NCBI GenBank assembly: GCA_051941275.1
Contig: JAVEBF010000014.1
Location: forward strand, 1 to 56,336
Direction of reading: 5' to 3'
DNA from: Dirinaria sp. TL-2023a
Taxonomy: Eukaryota
Length of the DNA stretch: 56,336 nucleotides
In this document: positions 1 through 11,046 of the stretch, piece after piece
Layout of the letters: each line of letters begins with the position of its first letter
Numbering within the stretch: the stretch's first letter is position 1
Position numbers and translations under genes: made by a program
The notes under the pieces: generated by a model
The model's input: the letters and a program-made list of their open reading frames with translations, nothing else
Told to the model about the DNA's origin: nothing
Databases searched by the model: none

Positions 1-356
1 GGGTTAGAAAGAACTGGGAGGTGGTACGGGAGTATATATATATGTGCACAACATATAGGGGGAGTTTGGAAAGCTAGCTCTCATGTCAAGAAATGGGTGG
101 GAGGATGGATGATGTTCGCCAGGAGGGAGGTGGAAACTGTAAGAAAGAATGAGTGAGTGAATGAATGATATAGGTTTTAGCAGTACAGAGACTCATAGCT
201 ATCCCAGGCCTGGATGATTAAACTTCGACGACTCTCCCTCCTCCTCCATATGAAGGTTCTCTTTTGTGGCGGAAGCACGTGACGATATATCTTGTATCCA
301 TATATATCTATCGTGTATCCTTCGTTGCGCATCCCATCCAACAAGCACATGTGATT

Positions 357-3356
357 TCACTCCAAAAGCCCAGCCCCAACAGTCTCACCCCCGGATCTCA
401 GTACCACCCGGTTCCCCACTTCCAACGGCACGGCCTCATCCACCTCCACTACGACCCTAGCCACATTCCCCGGCTTCACGATCTTCACTTTCTTCTTCGC
501 GCCCGGAGCCGGCTGTCCCGTACTCTTCTCCAGCACGACGATCAATCTCGTGACTTTCCCCGGCGCATGCAGGCGTCCTCGGTGCACCTCCACCGCCATG
601 GGCAAGATATGTTCGAAGGCGAGGATTTTCATGGTGAAGCTTCGAATGGCGCGGATGGGTGCCGAGGGCGGGCACAGGATATCGCCTGTCCGGAGGTGCT
701 TCTGGTCGATGTCCGCCAAGTGCAGGATGACGTTCTGCCCCGCCACGGCCCAGTCCGCGGGTTCTGAATGGACTTCGAGGCCCTTGATGGAGGCGGTCTC
801 GCTCGAGGGTGTCACAGTCACGATGTCCCCGATCTGGACGCTGCCGGCGTCGAGCCGGCCCGAGACGGAGAGCGGGTTCTGCACGCCGCCGCGGAAGATA
901 TCGTCAATGGTCATGCGGAGGGGTTTCTCGAGCGCGCGGGTAAATGGTTCTGACGATTCGAGGAGGGTGACGAGAGGTGGGCCGGAGTACCACGAGGCCT
1001 CTGGCTGGGTGGCTTTGCGGACAATGTTATCGCCCGTCAAGCCGGAGCAAGGTAGGAAAGGGAGGTTCTTGAGCTGGAAGCCCGCTGCAGTAAGGAACCC
1101 GGAGACTTGCTGATGGATCTCGTCGAAACGATCCTTCGACCAGGAGAGGGTGTCGAGTTTGTTGACTGCGACGATGATACGCTGTACGCCCATGCTTCGT
1201 ACCAGCAGCGCATGCTCTTTGGTTTGCCCCTTGAGGCCGGATTCGAAGCTTCCCGTGCTGGCGTCAACGACCAGGACAGCGAAGTCGGCTTGACTTGCTC
1301 CTGCAATCATATTGGGGATGAAGTCTCTATGGCCGGGCGCGTCAAGAATTGTAAATGCAGTCTTGTCCGTTTCAAACTTGTTCATGCCTATGTCGATCGT
1401 GACGCCTGCATTTCGCTCATCGCTCCCTTGGTCCAAAACCCAAGCGAGTGCGAATGAAGACTTGCCGATACTCGCGGCTTCTTTGCGGTACTTGTCCAGC
1501 GTACGCCGGTCGACAACTTCCAGATCATAGAGAAGGCGGCCCATAAGGGTGCTTTTGCCAGCATCCACATGGCCTAGAAAGACACACCCAAATCAGTGCG
1601 ACTATTCAAGACTACACCGCTGGATATTTTGAGCAGCCTCTTAAGATGCTCAAAGACCTACCAATCACGACAAAATTGGCAGCAGGCTTCTGCTTGTTCT
1701 TCTCGAATTCTGCAATGACATCCAGATTCTTGCTTTTCGGTTTCGGAATATCGTTAATTGCAACGTTCTCTATACCCTTCGAAACGTCATTTACAGTCTT
1801 CGATTGTTCGGTTTTCTCTTTTTTAAATCCTAGAAGAATTTAGTGTCCTAGTTATGCCTTTCGCGCTCCTCGTGCCGTACCTTTCGAATTCTGCGCTTTC
1901 AGAACGATGTCATCTGGGCTGGGTTCTGCAAACGCAGCTAATTCAGCATTTGTCATTGCACGGGGTATCAGCGGAAAAAGAACAAGTTGCGAGCTAGTAA
2001 GATTGCAATCCAAGGAACGTCTTTCGTCGGTCTTTCGATGCGGAACAGGAAACGACGCAAATAGCGTCTGAGCGAAAGCCGAAGGCAAGGCAGCTGGAAT
2101 AACGGGAGGCTCCACATTCTCATTTGCTTCTAGATCAGCTGGGTTTGAAGATTCCTTATCTACTTTGATTGTCTCAGTCTGTTCGTCCAACGAGGGTTCT
2201 CGTCTTCGTAGCGGCAATTTCCACGTACGAGTATCCTGAATTGGCGAAGAGATTTCTGGCTCGGCTGGCTTTGAAGGTCCTATAATCCCTTCAATTCCCT
2301 CAGAGTGTCCGTCGATCAACGGTTCACGTTTTCGTAGCGGCATTTTCCGTATACGATATTCCTGAGTTAGCGCAGAGATTTCTCTACCAGCTGCACCTTC
2401 CTCGTTCAACGTACTCGAGGTGTCTTTCCGTCCTAACTTATCCAGGATTGCGACAGAGCTATTGGCACTGCTGGCGGGTTGCTTTTCGTTCTCTCTCTTC
2501 CTGCGGGCGGCAGCTAATGCAGCAAGTTTCGAAGGTTTGCCATCACCCTGTGAAGATGCGCCGCCCAAGAGCCCTCCACGAGGATGCAGTGGTTCGACCA
2601 GGATTTCCCCACGACGTTCTGGAGGAATATTGAGCCATGGGCAGTCCTTGAAGAACTCGCTCGCGGAGAGCTTGACGTCGCAATGTTCCTTATCCATTGA
2701 TGCTTTCTTTGATAATGCAGAGACTGCTAAAGAAACGTTAATGACTGATATGTGAAGCTCGTGAGTCTGCAGCATACCAGTAGAGTGGGCTCGAGTCTGT
2801 TCACGAGTATATATATAGGGTATGCATGAAAATATAGGTTTTGTTGGGAAATCAACGTGCGCAAAAAAATATCAAGGCTTACCAAGAACAGACTGCCCTT
2901 TTGAGGTATTTTTTGGTTTGTTTTGAGCTTTAGTGGTACTCCCACTCTTTTGACCTTGAGCATATTCAACGCTTGATGACTCACTGAGACATTGAAACAC
3001 GCACTTAGAAGGTAGTTGACAGATTTTTCGACATCATAGTAGTAATGCCATAAGGATTCTTCGATTTCTCTGTCGGAAAATTTCGTATCGGGACCAATAA
3101 TGCCTCGTACCTTCACGGTGCCCTGCCGTAGTTGCTCTGGATTGTTTGTTAGTACTCTGGGAGCACGTTGCCGGCGCTAGACAACCTTTATCCTCGGCGG
3201 TGAGTTCTGTAGATCCTTAGCTGAGCACCACATAACGACATGATTAGCCGCACGATCCGTATCATCGTCCTCGCAGTCCTCGTAGTCCCCGCCTCCGTCA
3301 TAGTCATCTAACTCCGCATCCAGATCCAAAGCCTTCACCAATTTGTGTCTGGACAT
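357..3356 (-). CDS. HBS1: Hbs1 translational GTPase (eRF3/EF1A-like ribosome rescue factor); alternatively spliced HBS1/SKI7 locus
   Basis: ATG 3356 (MSRHKLVKALDLD). Exons 3356-3254, 3206-3186, 3136-3005 (HBS1_N motif EIEESLWHYYYDVEKSVNYLL), 2954-2883, [2726-1881], 1829-1662, 1573-357, all joined by phase-1 GT-AG introns. GTPase motifs: G1 GHVDAGKST, G3 DAPGH, G4 NKLD, followed by beta-barrel domains II/III. Confidence 0.95.
1852..2726 (-). CDS. SKI7: Ski7-like alternative exon of HBS1 (Ski complex/exosome-binding motifs)
   Basis: Open exon with PSKLAALAAARRKR, ALPSAFAQTLF and AFAEPSPDDIVLKAQ, matching recalled Ski7/HBS1Lv3 motifs. Acceptor TTAG ends at 2727, donor GTACGG at 1880, in-frame TAA at 1852-1854 if the next intron is retained. 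Confidence 0.8.
2132..2383 (-). repeat. 126-bp (42-aa) degenerate tandem duplication inside the Ski7-like exon
   Basis: Anchors recur at a 126-bp offset: gctgg at 2138/2264, ttcgtagcggca at 2205/2331, agagatttct at 2248/2374. Confidence 0.85.
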
Positions 3357-3997
3357 CGCTGATGTTGGTATACTCTGGGTGGAACAGCAAGTACATGAAG
3401 AAGTATGGTCAAACAGCAGTGTATTAATTCAGAGAGACTAGTTCACTAATTGATTTTGTTGGCCGTTCCCGGAATGGACTTCTGTACACTATTATAAGGT
3501 ACCTCAGGCACCCTTGGTAGTTCATTCTAGGGCTAATCTAGGGCCAGAAAAACGTTATTGACCAGGTGAACGCGTGAAATCCTTCTACACAGCTGCTTGT
3601 CCCAAAGGCATCGTTGAATCATAGGTGCGTTCTGAAGAAAGCTTTCCCTGACTCGATAGAACTTCTCTCGATCTCGCAGGTGGGTTTGGACGGGAGGGGA
3701 CTCAAGTCAAAGTTGGAACGGTTAAGGCCGAGCGCCAGGTGATCCATTATAATAACACGGTGGTTGACTATTTTCCACCCTCAATCCAGGTAGGGGTCAG
3801 AATAACGTAGCATATAAACCCAGCAAGTAGTCTGCATGGGCAGAGTGTATATCGTATTCAATCGAGTTAACCTTAGATATTCACACATCCATGACCACCC
3901 TTGTATCAACCCCCGCAATGGTTATGAAGCTACATACATGCCGCTAATGATGGAACGGAACAAAAACAGCCGGTCTCACTTGGGTTTGCGCCGACCC

Positions 3998-6370
3998 CTA
4001 CAGCTCTATCAGGCTCTCTTCGACTGCTTTCGGCTGCGGCTCGTGCCGCGGCGCTGAAGGGAAAAGCTCCTGGTTGTATGGTACATTGTGTTGGTAAGGC
4101 TGGTTGGAAGGGTTTTGCGTTTGGAAAGGCTGTGCCGGCACCACGGACTGCTGCCAGTATCCTTGCTGTTGCTGTTGCTGTGGTTGTGAAGGGACATTAC
4201 TATAGGGTTTTCCGTGGGGAACTTGGTACGACATCGAAGTTTGCGTCTGTTCCGGAGATGGCAATGAGGGCGTCTGCATGCTGCCATGCCTTTGCTGAGG
4301 CGGCGGCTGCTGCTGCTGAGGAGAGACTTGCTCGTTGTTGCTGTGGTAGTACATCGCAGCCGGGTCTGCTGCCGGCGTAATTGTTGGTGTTTGGGGAGGT
4401 GCCATTGACGGTGTCGGTATCTGTGAATTGTTGAGATCACTCTGTTTTTGCTGGTAGCTCTGATTATTGACGGAGTAGGGTGCGCTGGGAGTATTATACT
4501 GTACGCTGTCTTCTTGTGTTGCTGGGTTGTAGGCTGACGACGATCGGTGTGGCGCGCGGTTATACTGTGCATATGGCGAATGCGGCTGGGACTGCTCTTG
4601 ATAACCAGCCGGTGGCTGCTGGTATGCATCAACATACGAGCTGGACTGCATGTTATAATAGCTCTCGGTCCCAGCTCGATCATGCTGTGGTTCCGAGGGT
4701 ATTGATGGGTACATGTTCGTCGTCACTGGAGTTCCATTAGGCCAATAGCCACCTAAAGTGTGCTGGCTATAGGTGTGTGACAAGCGTTCTTCTAACATTC
4801 GGTCGTAATATCGCACTACTGTAGCTAACTTTGAATGAAGGTCGAGCAGAGTATCTATGGTGATCAGCCTAAGCTTTAAGCAAGAAGACAGGGGCTGTTA
4901 CCGTGTTTGCTCATCGTCTCCCCATATGACCTAGCCAATTTTGGTCTAAGAGATCCGATGCTATCATAAAGTTCTTGGATCTGGGGTTCTCGTAACACTG
5001 TACCGGGCGGCTGATGCTGTAAACGATCGACTAGAGTCGAAAAGAGATTGATATTCTCGGCTTCAACAGGTGTGAGCTCATATTCGTTTCTAGGCTGGAC
5101 AAAGCTCGAGCTGGTCGGTGTTGCAGTACTTGAGGCTTGTTTCTTGAGATTTGCTGCATGCTTTTGTTTCTGTTCTTCCATGTCTTTGATCGATGCCGCA
5201 ATTGCCGCCTTCAACTCCGGATCGTCATCCTCTTCCAGAGGTCTTGATGCCTCGGTGTTGCCATTGGTAACCGTAGGTGAGCGTTGATGTTGCAGTTGCG
5301 ACTGCGGTACGTAACCTGAACCAGAATGGCCCTCAACTTCTTCAAGGCTCATCTTCAGGGCTCTCTTTAGATCATCGTCATATCTATCGTCTACTCGGGC
5401 ATCTCGGGGCTGCATTGAATTGCGGTGCCTCACGATGCTCGCGTTGCCCTTTGCCAGTGACCGCTCGAGCGGCAGAGGGGTGCCCCTTGACTTCTCCATT
5501 AATCTAGCATAGCAGCCATCATCCACCCTCACAGGTTGAATAATACCCAGGTGAGGCAGTGGCATTGACTTTGTCGAGCATTGGCCGTCGAACACATTGC
5601 CGCAGTTCCTGCAGTGGTGTTTTCGGTTTGTGAAGCTGAAAGCCGTCCTGCAGCGCATACAGACGTCGGAATCAACCCATTCTGGCGGCTCGGAGATTGT
5701 CAGTCAAGAGGTCCTCTCATTTTTGCTTAGCACTCACTGCGCTGCTGTCTAGCATACTACTAGACATTTCTGTCTTGGGTGGAAATCTGAAACCCTCTCG
5801 TTGCAGCGTCCTGTAGACCTCGCCGAGGTAAAACATGTCGCTTCGCCCTTCTGTTGCACCTGCCCATCCTTGTACGAGCTCGAGTATCTTGCTCTTGACT
5901 TCTTCGTTCGGCGCCGCTGCACCGTATGCTTTCAATAGCGATATCAGGTTGTCCAAGAATTCTTTCGAGGCGATCTCGGCTAGAAAATGAGAGCCACCGT
6001 TCTTGACGCAGGTATCTGTGAGCTATGCGACGAGGCAGCTTTAGTTCCCTGGAGCTTTCACCTCGAAAAGAGAGAATCGGAGGGCTGACCTTCAAAGTCG
6101 CTAATTGTACATTTGGGTTTTTGTGCCCTATGCGACGCTTCAGAGATCTCATAGCCTCCTTGGGTTGGACCGTTTTGGAGCGTATGATGTCCGAGATTTC
6201 GAGGTTCAACGCAATGTCCTCCCTGGATATGACCCGTCAACATCTCCTCCGAGGCGAAGGGCGCTTGGAAGCTTTTTTTAGCTGGGAAAGTGGCCAACTC
6301 ACAAGCTCGAAGAAGTAGCTCGCTCGATTTGCTCGTCGAGCGCGGAGTTGGAAGCGAACCAACCGGCCAT
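3998..6370 (-). CDS. VPS27: ESCRT-0 subunit Vps27 (VHS, FYVE, two UIMs, GAT, Q/P-rich tail)
   Basis: ATG 6370 ([23 protein letters not shown]). VHS ([12 protein letters not shown]), FYVE (RKHHCRNCG), UIMs ([24 protein letters not shown]), C-terminal clathrin-box-like SLIEL. Four introns. Confidence 0.95.
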
Positions 6371-7139
6371 GTTCAAGGCCATGAAAATCTCGATCCGGAG
6401 GACTGAAGTATAGTGTGCCTATTTACAGTATGGGAAGAAGTGCCCGAGGTATGAGCCAGGAGTGTCAGAAGATCTGATGATGGAGATATAGCACTTAGCT
6501 CCACGACCGTCTTGTAATCGTGCAGCTATCTTCATCAAATTCCTAGTAAGTCGAATGCACCCGAGTTTCCCACTTCTTTGGCTCCTGGTCTGTAAAAGAA
6601 TATATGTACTCGTACATGTATTTTACTTAGTCACTCCTGAAGCTTGTAAGGTACTCTCGTCCACAATGACGAAGGCGGAGCCCCACTAGCAGAATGCAGC
6701 TTACATAAGCTCCCGCGTCTTGCGCCACAGCGCGACTGCCAAGAAAGACCTGGAATTCACTCGTCCTTGTACTTGTGACAGTAATGTACTGTACCTTAGG
6801 TACCTTACCTTGATACAGTGCCTGAATACAGTACCGTAGCGCCTGGTGCCTAAGATATTAAGGTAAGTAGGTAAGGCATGTCTTCAACGACGAACTGCAA
6901 GTGTCACATATCTGTATCGCAAGCTTCGAGTTGATTGTCACAACCCCATAGCATCTTCACAGGCCGGCACACCATCTCATACATTGAAAATCGCTTCCAA
7001 GACACCGCAAACAATAGGGGACGGCATCATTCATTCCCTTCCCACATCATCTATGGGCGGATGCTGGAGATCATGTCCCCGATATCGCCTACAATACTTT
7101 GCATGAGCCTGGACTCCACAGTGCTTGTAAATTGCAGCG

Positions 7140-10100
7140 ATGTCAGCGAAGCTCCCTGATGGATTTTACGACGCTTGCTTGAACGATCAGACAATTATGG
7201 AAACGCGGACCATAACATATACATCAATTCAAGAAGGACGACCACCTGCTCCTTTTTACTCTCGCAATGGCGGAAACTCATCAGCGCAGACCCGATTTGC
7301 GCATATCAGAGACCTGCAAGCCAAAGCAGAGGCTGCCAATCGAGATCTGGGCGCCCACACACCGGTATGAAGTGCTCCCCACATTCTCAAGCCGTGCTCA
7401 TTCATGGCTTCGGTGTTTTAGCTACGAACGTTATTGAATCGTGCACAACAATCCGCAGCTCAGGCTAGCTCTCTTGTCGGCTTCAAGCAACCTGACCGCG
7501 CTTACGTCGAGCATCTTGCTAGCTCTGACATCCTGCTAAACATTATACCAAGACACAGAGACTACCCGTACATGAGCAGTGGCAATGGGGACTGGCACCG
7601 GTCGTATGCATTAACGTGCAAAGTCAGTAACTGATCCCATTTTTTGGTCAACTTGGCATACTTTTCCCCCGCGGCGACTTGCCACAAATTCGATGAATAC
7701 CATAGGGCTTCGTTTGTGGACCGCTAATGTAAAGCGTAGCAAGTCGACGGCCAGCACAGTATGTTCATGGAGATCTACAATATGATTACCGAGGATAATG
7801 CAAGAAGTGGCGTACGACCATCAAACTTCGTTTCCAATCGCAAATCCATGCTCAATAACCATAATGAATCTCTTGATCCATCGAACCGTGTTTCTCGGCC
7901 ACTATCCATGCCCGATGGGCCAGTGAATCCACATAACGGTTCAGATGAGCTCTTCTTGGACCAACATCACTCCGCGGAACCTCGAGCCGCAAATTCAAGT
8001 GCGTCAGCCAATGGTAAGACGATTTCCCAACGTACCATTTCAGCAGATGAGAGATCGGTCGTGCACGCGATGCCGGAGGCACCACGAAGGTCTCGTGGTG
8101 CTCAGACTGTTGAACGGGACTCAGCTCCGCCTAATTTAGCGCAACGGTTTTCGCAATTGCGGTTCCAAGGGAGAGATCCGCCCCGATTGGCAGCGAACGG
8201 AAGCGCGACTGGTCCAGTAGCTAGTTCGGTTCAGGTGATAATGCCTTTGCCAGCGGACTATACCCTATCTTCGCCGGAGTCATCCCCATCCTCCGCAAGC
8301 TATCAGACCTCCACATCAACTAATGGCTCAGCAAGCAGCAGGCCTTCGGGACCGAGGAATATGCCACCAACTTCTCGAACGCCGCCTCATCCCCCGAAGA
8401 TACCCCTTGACCCCAACCAGGCTGTCGTTCTACCTCGAGCTCCCAGTCCTGCTTATGATCCCGCAAAGAGCACTCTGCTAAATGGCCAGAATCCACCAAA
8501 TGCACATAGGCGTAGAAATCCTGATTCGCTTGGCACGACTCCACAGTATGTAGTTGGGGACCCAAGTACCCAAGCTCGGTCCTTGAATGGAACGGACTAC
8601 ATACAGAGACCCAGTGACTCCGATCGAGCTCTACGTCTCGTCAAACCGGAAAGCGGGGACGCTTCCCCAGCCAGTACCATCACTGTAGCACAGCTATACG
8701 AGGAGCTTCGCTCTTCCAGCGTATTGCTTATCGATGTTCGGAATCGGGAAGATTTTGATCAAGGGCACATCTTTGCCAAATCCATCATGTGCATTGAGCC
8801 CCTGGGGCTCAAGTCCGGCATCTCCGCCGAGGAGCTCGAGGATCGACTGGTCTTGTCGACTCAATCTGAGCAGACGCTCTTCGAGCGCCGCAACGAGTTC
8901 GATTTGGTAGTCTACTATGACCAGGAGACAACCTCAGATCGCTTTCTGAATGGCCCACCGACAAGCAGTGACGCTTCAGCATTGCGCGCAGTACATGATT
9001 GCCTCTATGAATTCAATTATTACAAACAACTACGGCGTCGCCCTGTTCTGCTGTTGGGAGGTCTTGAAGCTTGGGTCGACCTTGTGGGGTCACAAGGACT
9101 TGCTCCGTCTCATACAGCTGCTCAAATGGGTTCAGTACAAGCTCAGCTCGCAGCGAAGAAGCCAGGCAGACCAATCGGCCGGGTACCGATGGCCAGCGCA
9201 AACTCAAGCTTAGAGGTACGCAGGCGAAGACTGAGAGAGCACCATCCTTTGAATGCGGACGAAGAGAAGAGTTGGCTTGAGAAGGCTCGAAGGGAAGAAA
9301 TTCCATCAGCCGATTATTCTCATGCGCAAAGTGACAGTGATGCCGAATCATCGAATTCACAGCCAGAAGAACCGCCCTCTCCTTTCGTCCACAGTTATAA
9401 CGAGTTCTTGAGAAAATTTCCGGAGCCGTCAGGTATGCGACAGTCCATGATGACCTCAGTCCGTCTACTACCTCCGCCACCACCGACGAGAATGGCGCCG
9501 TCGATGCCGAGCGTTCCTTCTCGGCCTCCTCCTGCTGTACCCCGGCCTAGCTATAGTGGAGTTTCTGAACGGGAGGCTTTGCACTCGTCTCCTACGTCAA
9601 GACAATCGTCAGCTCAACTTCCATTGTACACCCCACGAGCGGTATCATACAACCGTAAGCTCCCTCGTACGGGTCTAGTCAATTTCAGCGTGACATGTTA
9701 CATGAATGCTACAATCCAGTGCCTCATGGCTACTCTGCCTTTGTCTCACTTCTTCCTCGACGATCGGTGGCACGGTTACATCCAGAAGAACTGGAAAGGC
9801 TCCAATGGTGTCATGCCTGAGATCTTCGCGAACCTCATTCGCAGCCTGTGGAAAAGCGATACGCAGTCAATCCGGCCAAGTTCTTTGCGAAACTTGTGCG
9901 CTCGACTCAATCGCGAATGGGGCGTGGACAGACAACAGGATGCGAAAGAATTCTTCGACTTCCTACTAGACTGCCTCCATGAGGACCTCAACTTCAACTG
10001 GAACAAGACGCCGCTCAATCCGCTCACTTTCGAACAAGAAATCACCCGAGAACGCATGCCTGTATCTCAAGCCTCATCAATAGAATGGCAGCGTTACACG

Positions 10101-10772
10101 CACCGCGAACAGTCGTTTATTGCTGATCTGTTTGCCGGCCAGCATGCGAGCCGTCTTCGCTGCACGACTTGTAAGAACACGTCGACGACATATGAAGCTT
10201 TCTACTCCATCAGTGTCGAGATTCCTCGCAAAGGTCGGGGAGACATCTACGACTGTCTCCACAGCTATTGTCAAGAAGAGAAGTTGAGCGGCGACGAAGT
10301 TTGGAAATGCCCTTACTGTAAATGCGAGCGCGAAGCTACGAAGAAAATCACTATTACTCGCGCACCGCAGATCCTAGTCATACATCTTAAGCGTTTCTCC
10401 GCTTCCAAATCGGAAACAGCGCGCAAAGTCCACACGCCAATCAATTTTCCCCTCCATCAGCTTAATATAGGACCCTACATGAGTCCACCCCCTCCACTCA
10501 ACAGCAAGGAGGCATTAATTGTGAGTGACAAAGGGGAACAAGCATGTACACCGCCGTATGTGTACGATTGCTACGCAGTGATGCGGCATTTAGGCTCAAC
10601 GTTGAGCTCGGGGCATTATATCGCGCTGGTAAAGGACGGTAACAGAGGCTGCTGGCGGAAATTCGATGACCAGCAATCTTCGGATTTCGATCCGGCGAAG
10701 TTAAGGCCTGAACAGAAATTGCAGAATGAGCAGGCGTACTTGTTGTTTTATGGGAGAGCTCAGGCAAGGTGA
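7140..10772 (+). CDS. DOA4: Ubiquitin C-terminal hydrolase, Doa4/Ubp5 (USP8) family, with rhodanese-like domain
   Basis: Exons ~7140-7363, 7422-7622, 7740-10772. Rhodanese-like domain (LLIDVRNREDFDQGHI), Cys box GLVNFSVTCYMNATIQC, QQDAKEF, His box SGHYIA...FDD. Confidence 0.9.
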
Positions 10773-11046
10773 AATGGGTACGCCTGGTGAATGATTGCAA
10801 TTCCACACCTAGATTTGGATTTGGATGGCGAGTAGGGTTCGATAAGATTTTACGCTCAAGCGAAGTGCATGGGTACGGAGAACGCATTGGGCGGTGTTCA
10901 AATTCGACATAACGTGTGAGATAGCGGCGTAAAGAACGAGTCATGGGCGGTGGCACTTTTGAATGCGTAGATAGTACACGATAGAAAACGGATTTTGAGA
11001 CCCTGGAAGACTTTTCGCGTCATTTGGTGAACTAAGCAAGGCATTC

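Noticed and set aside
1..10. gggttag at the window start as a telomere repeat
   Set aside because: Single partial unit, not an array.
264..1530. Long plus-strand ORFs (167, 187, 116 aa) antisense to HBS1
   Set aside because: Shadow ORFs expected opposite a GC3-rich coding strand; no motifs.
2727..3116. 129-aa minus-strand ORF running through HBS1 introns
   Set aside because: Only its first ~38 aa are Hbs1; the rest reads through introns that have canonical splice signals.
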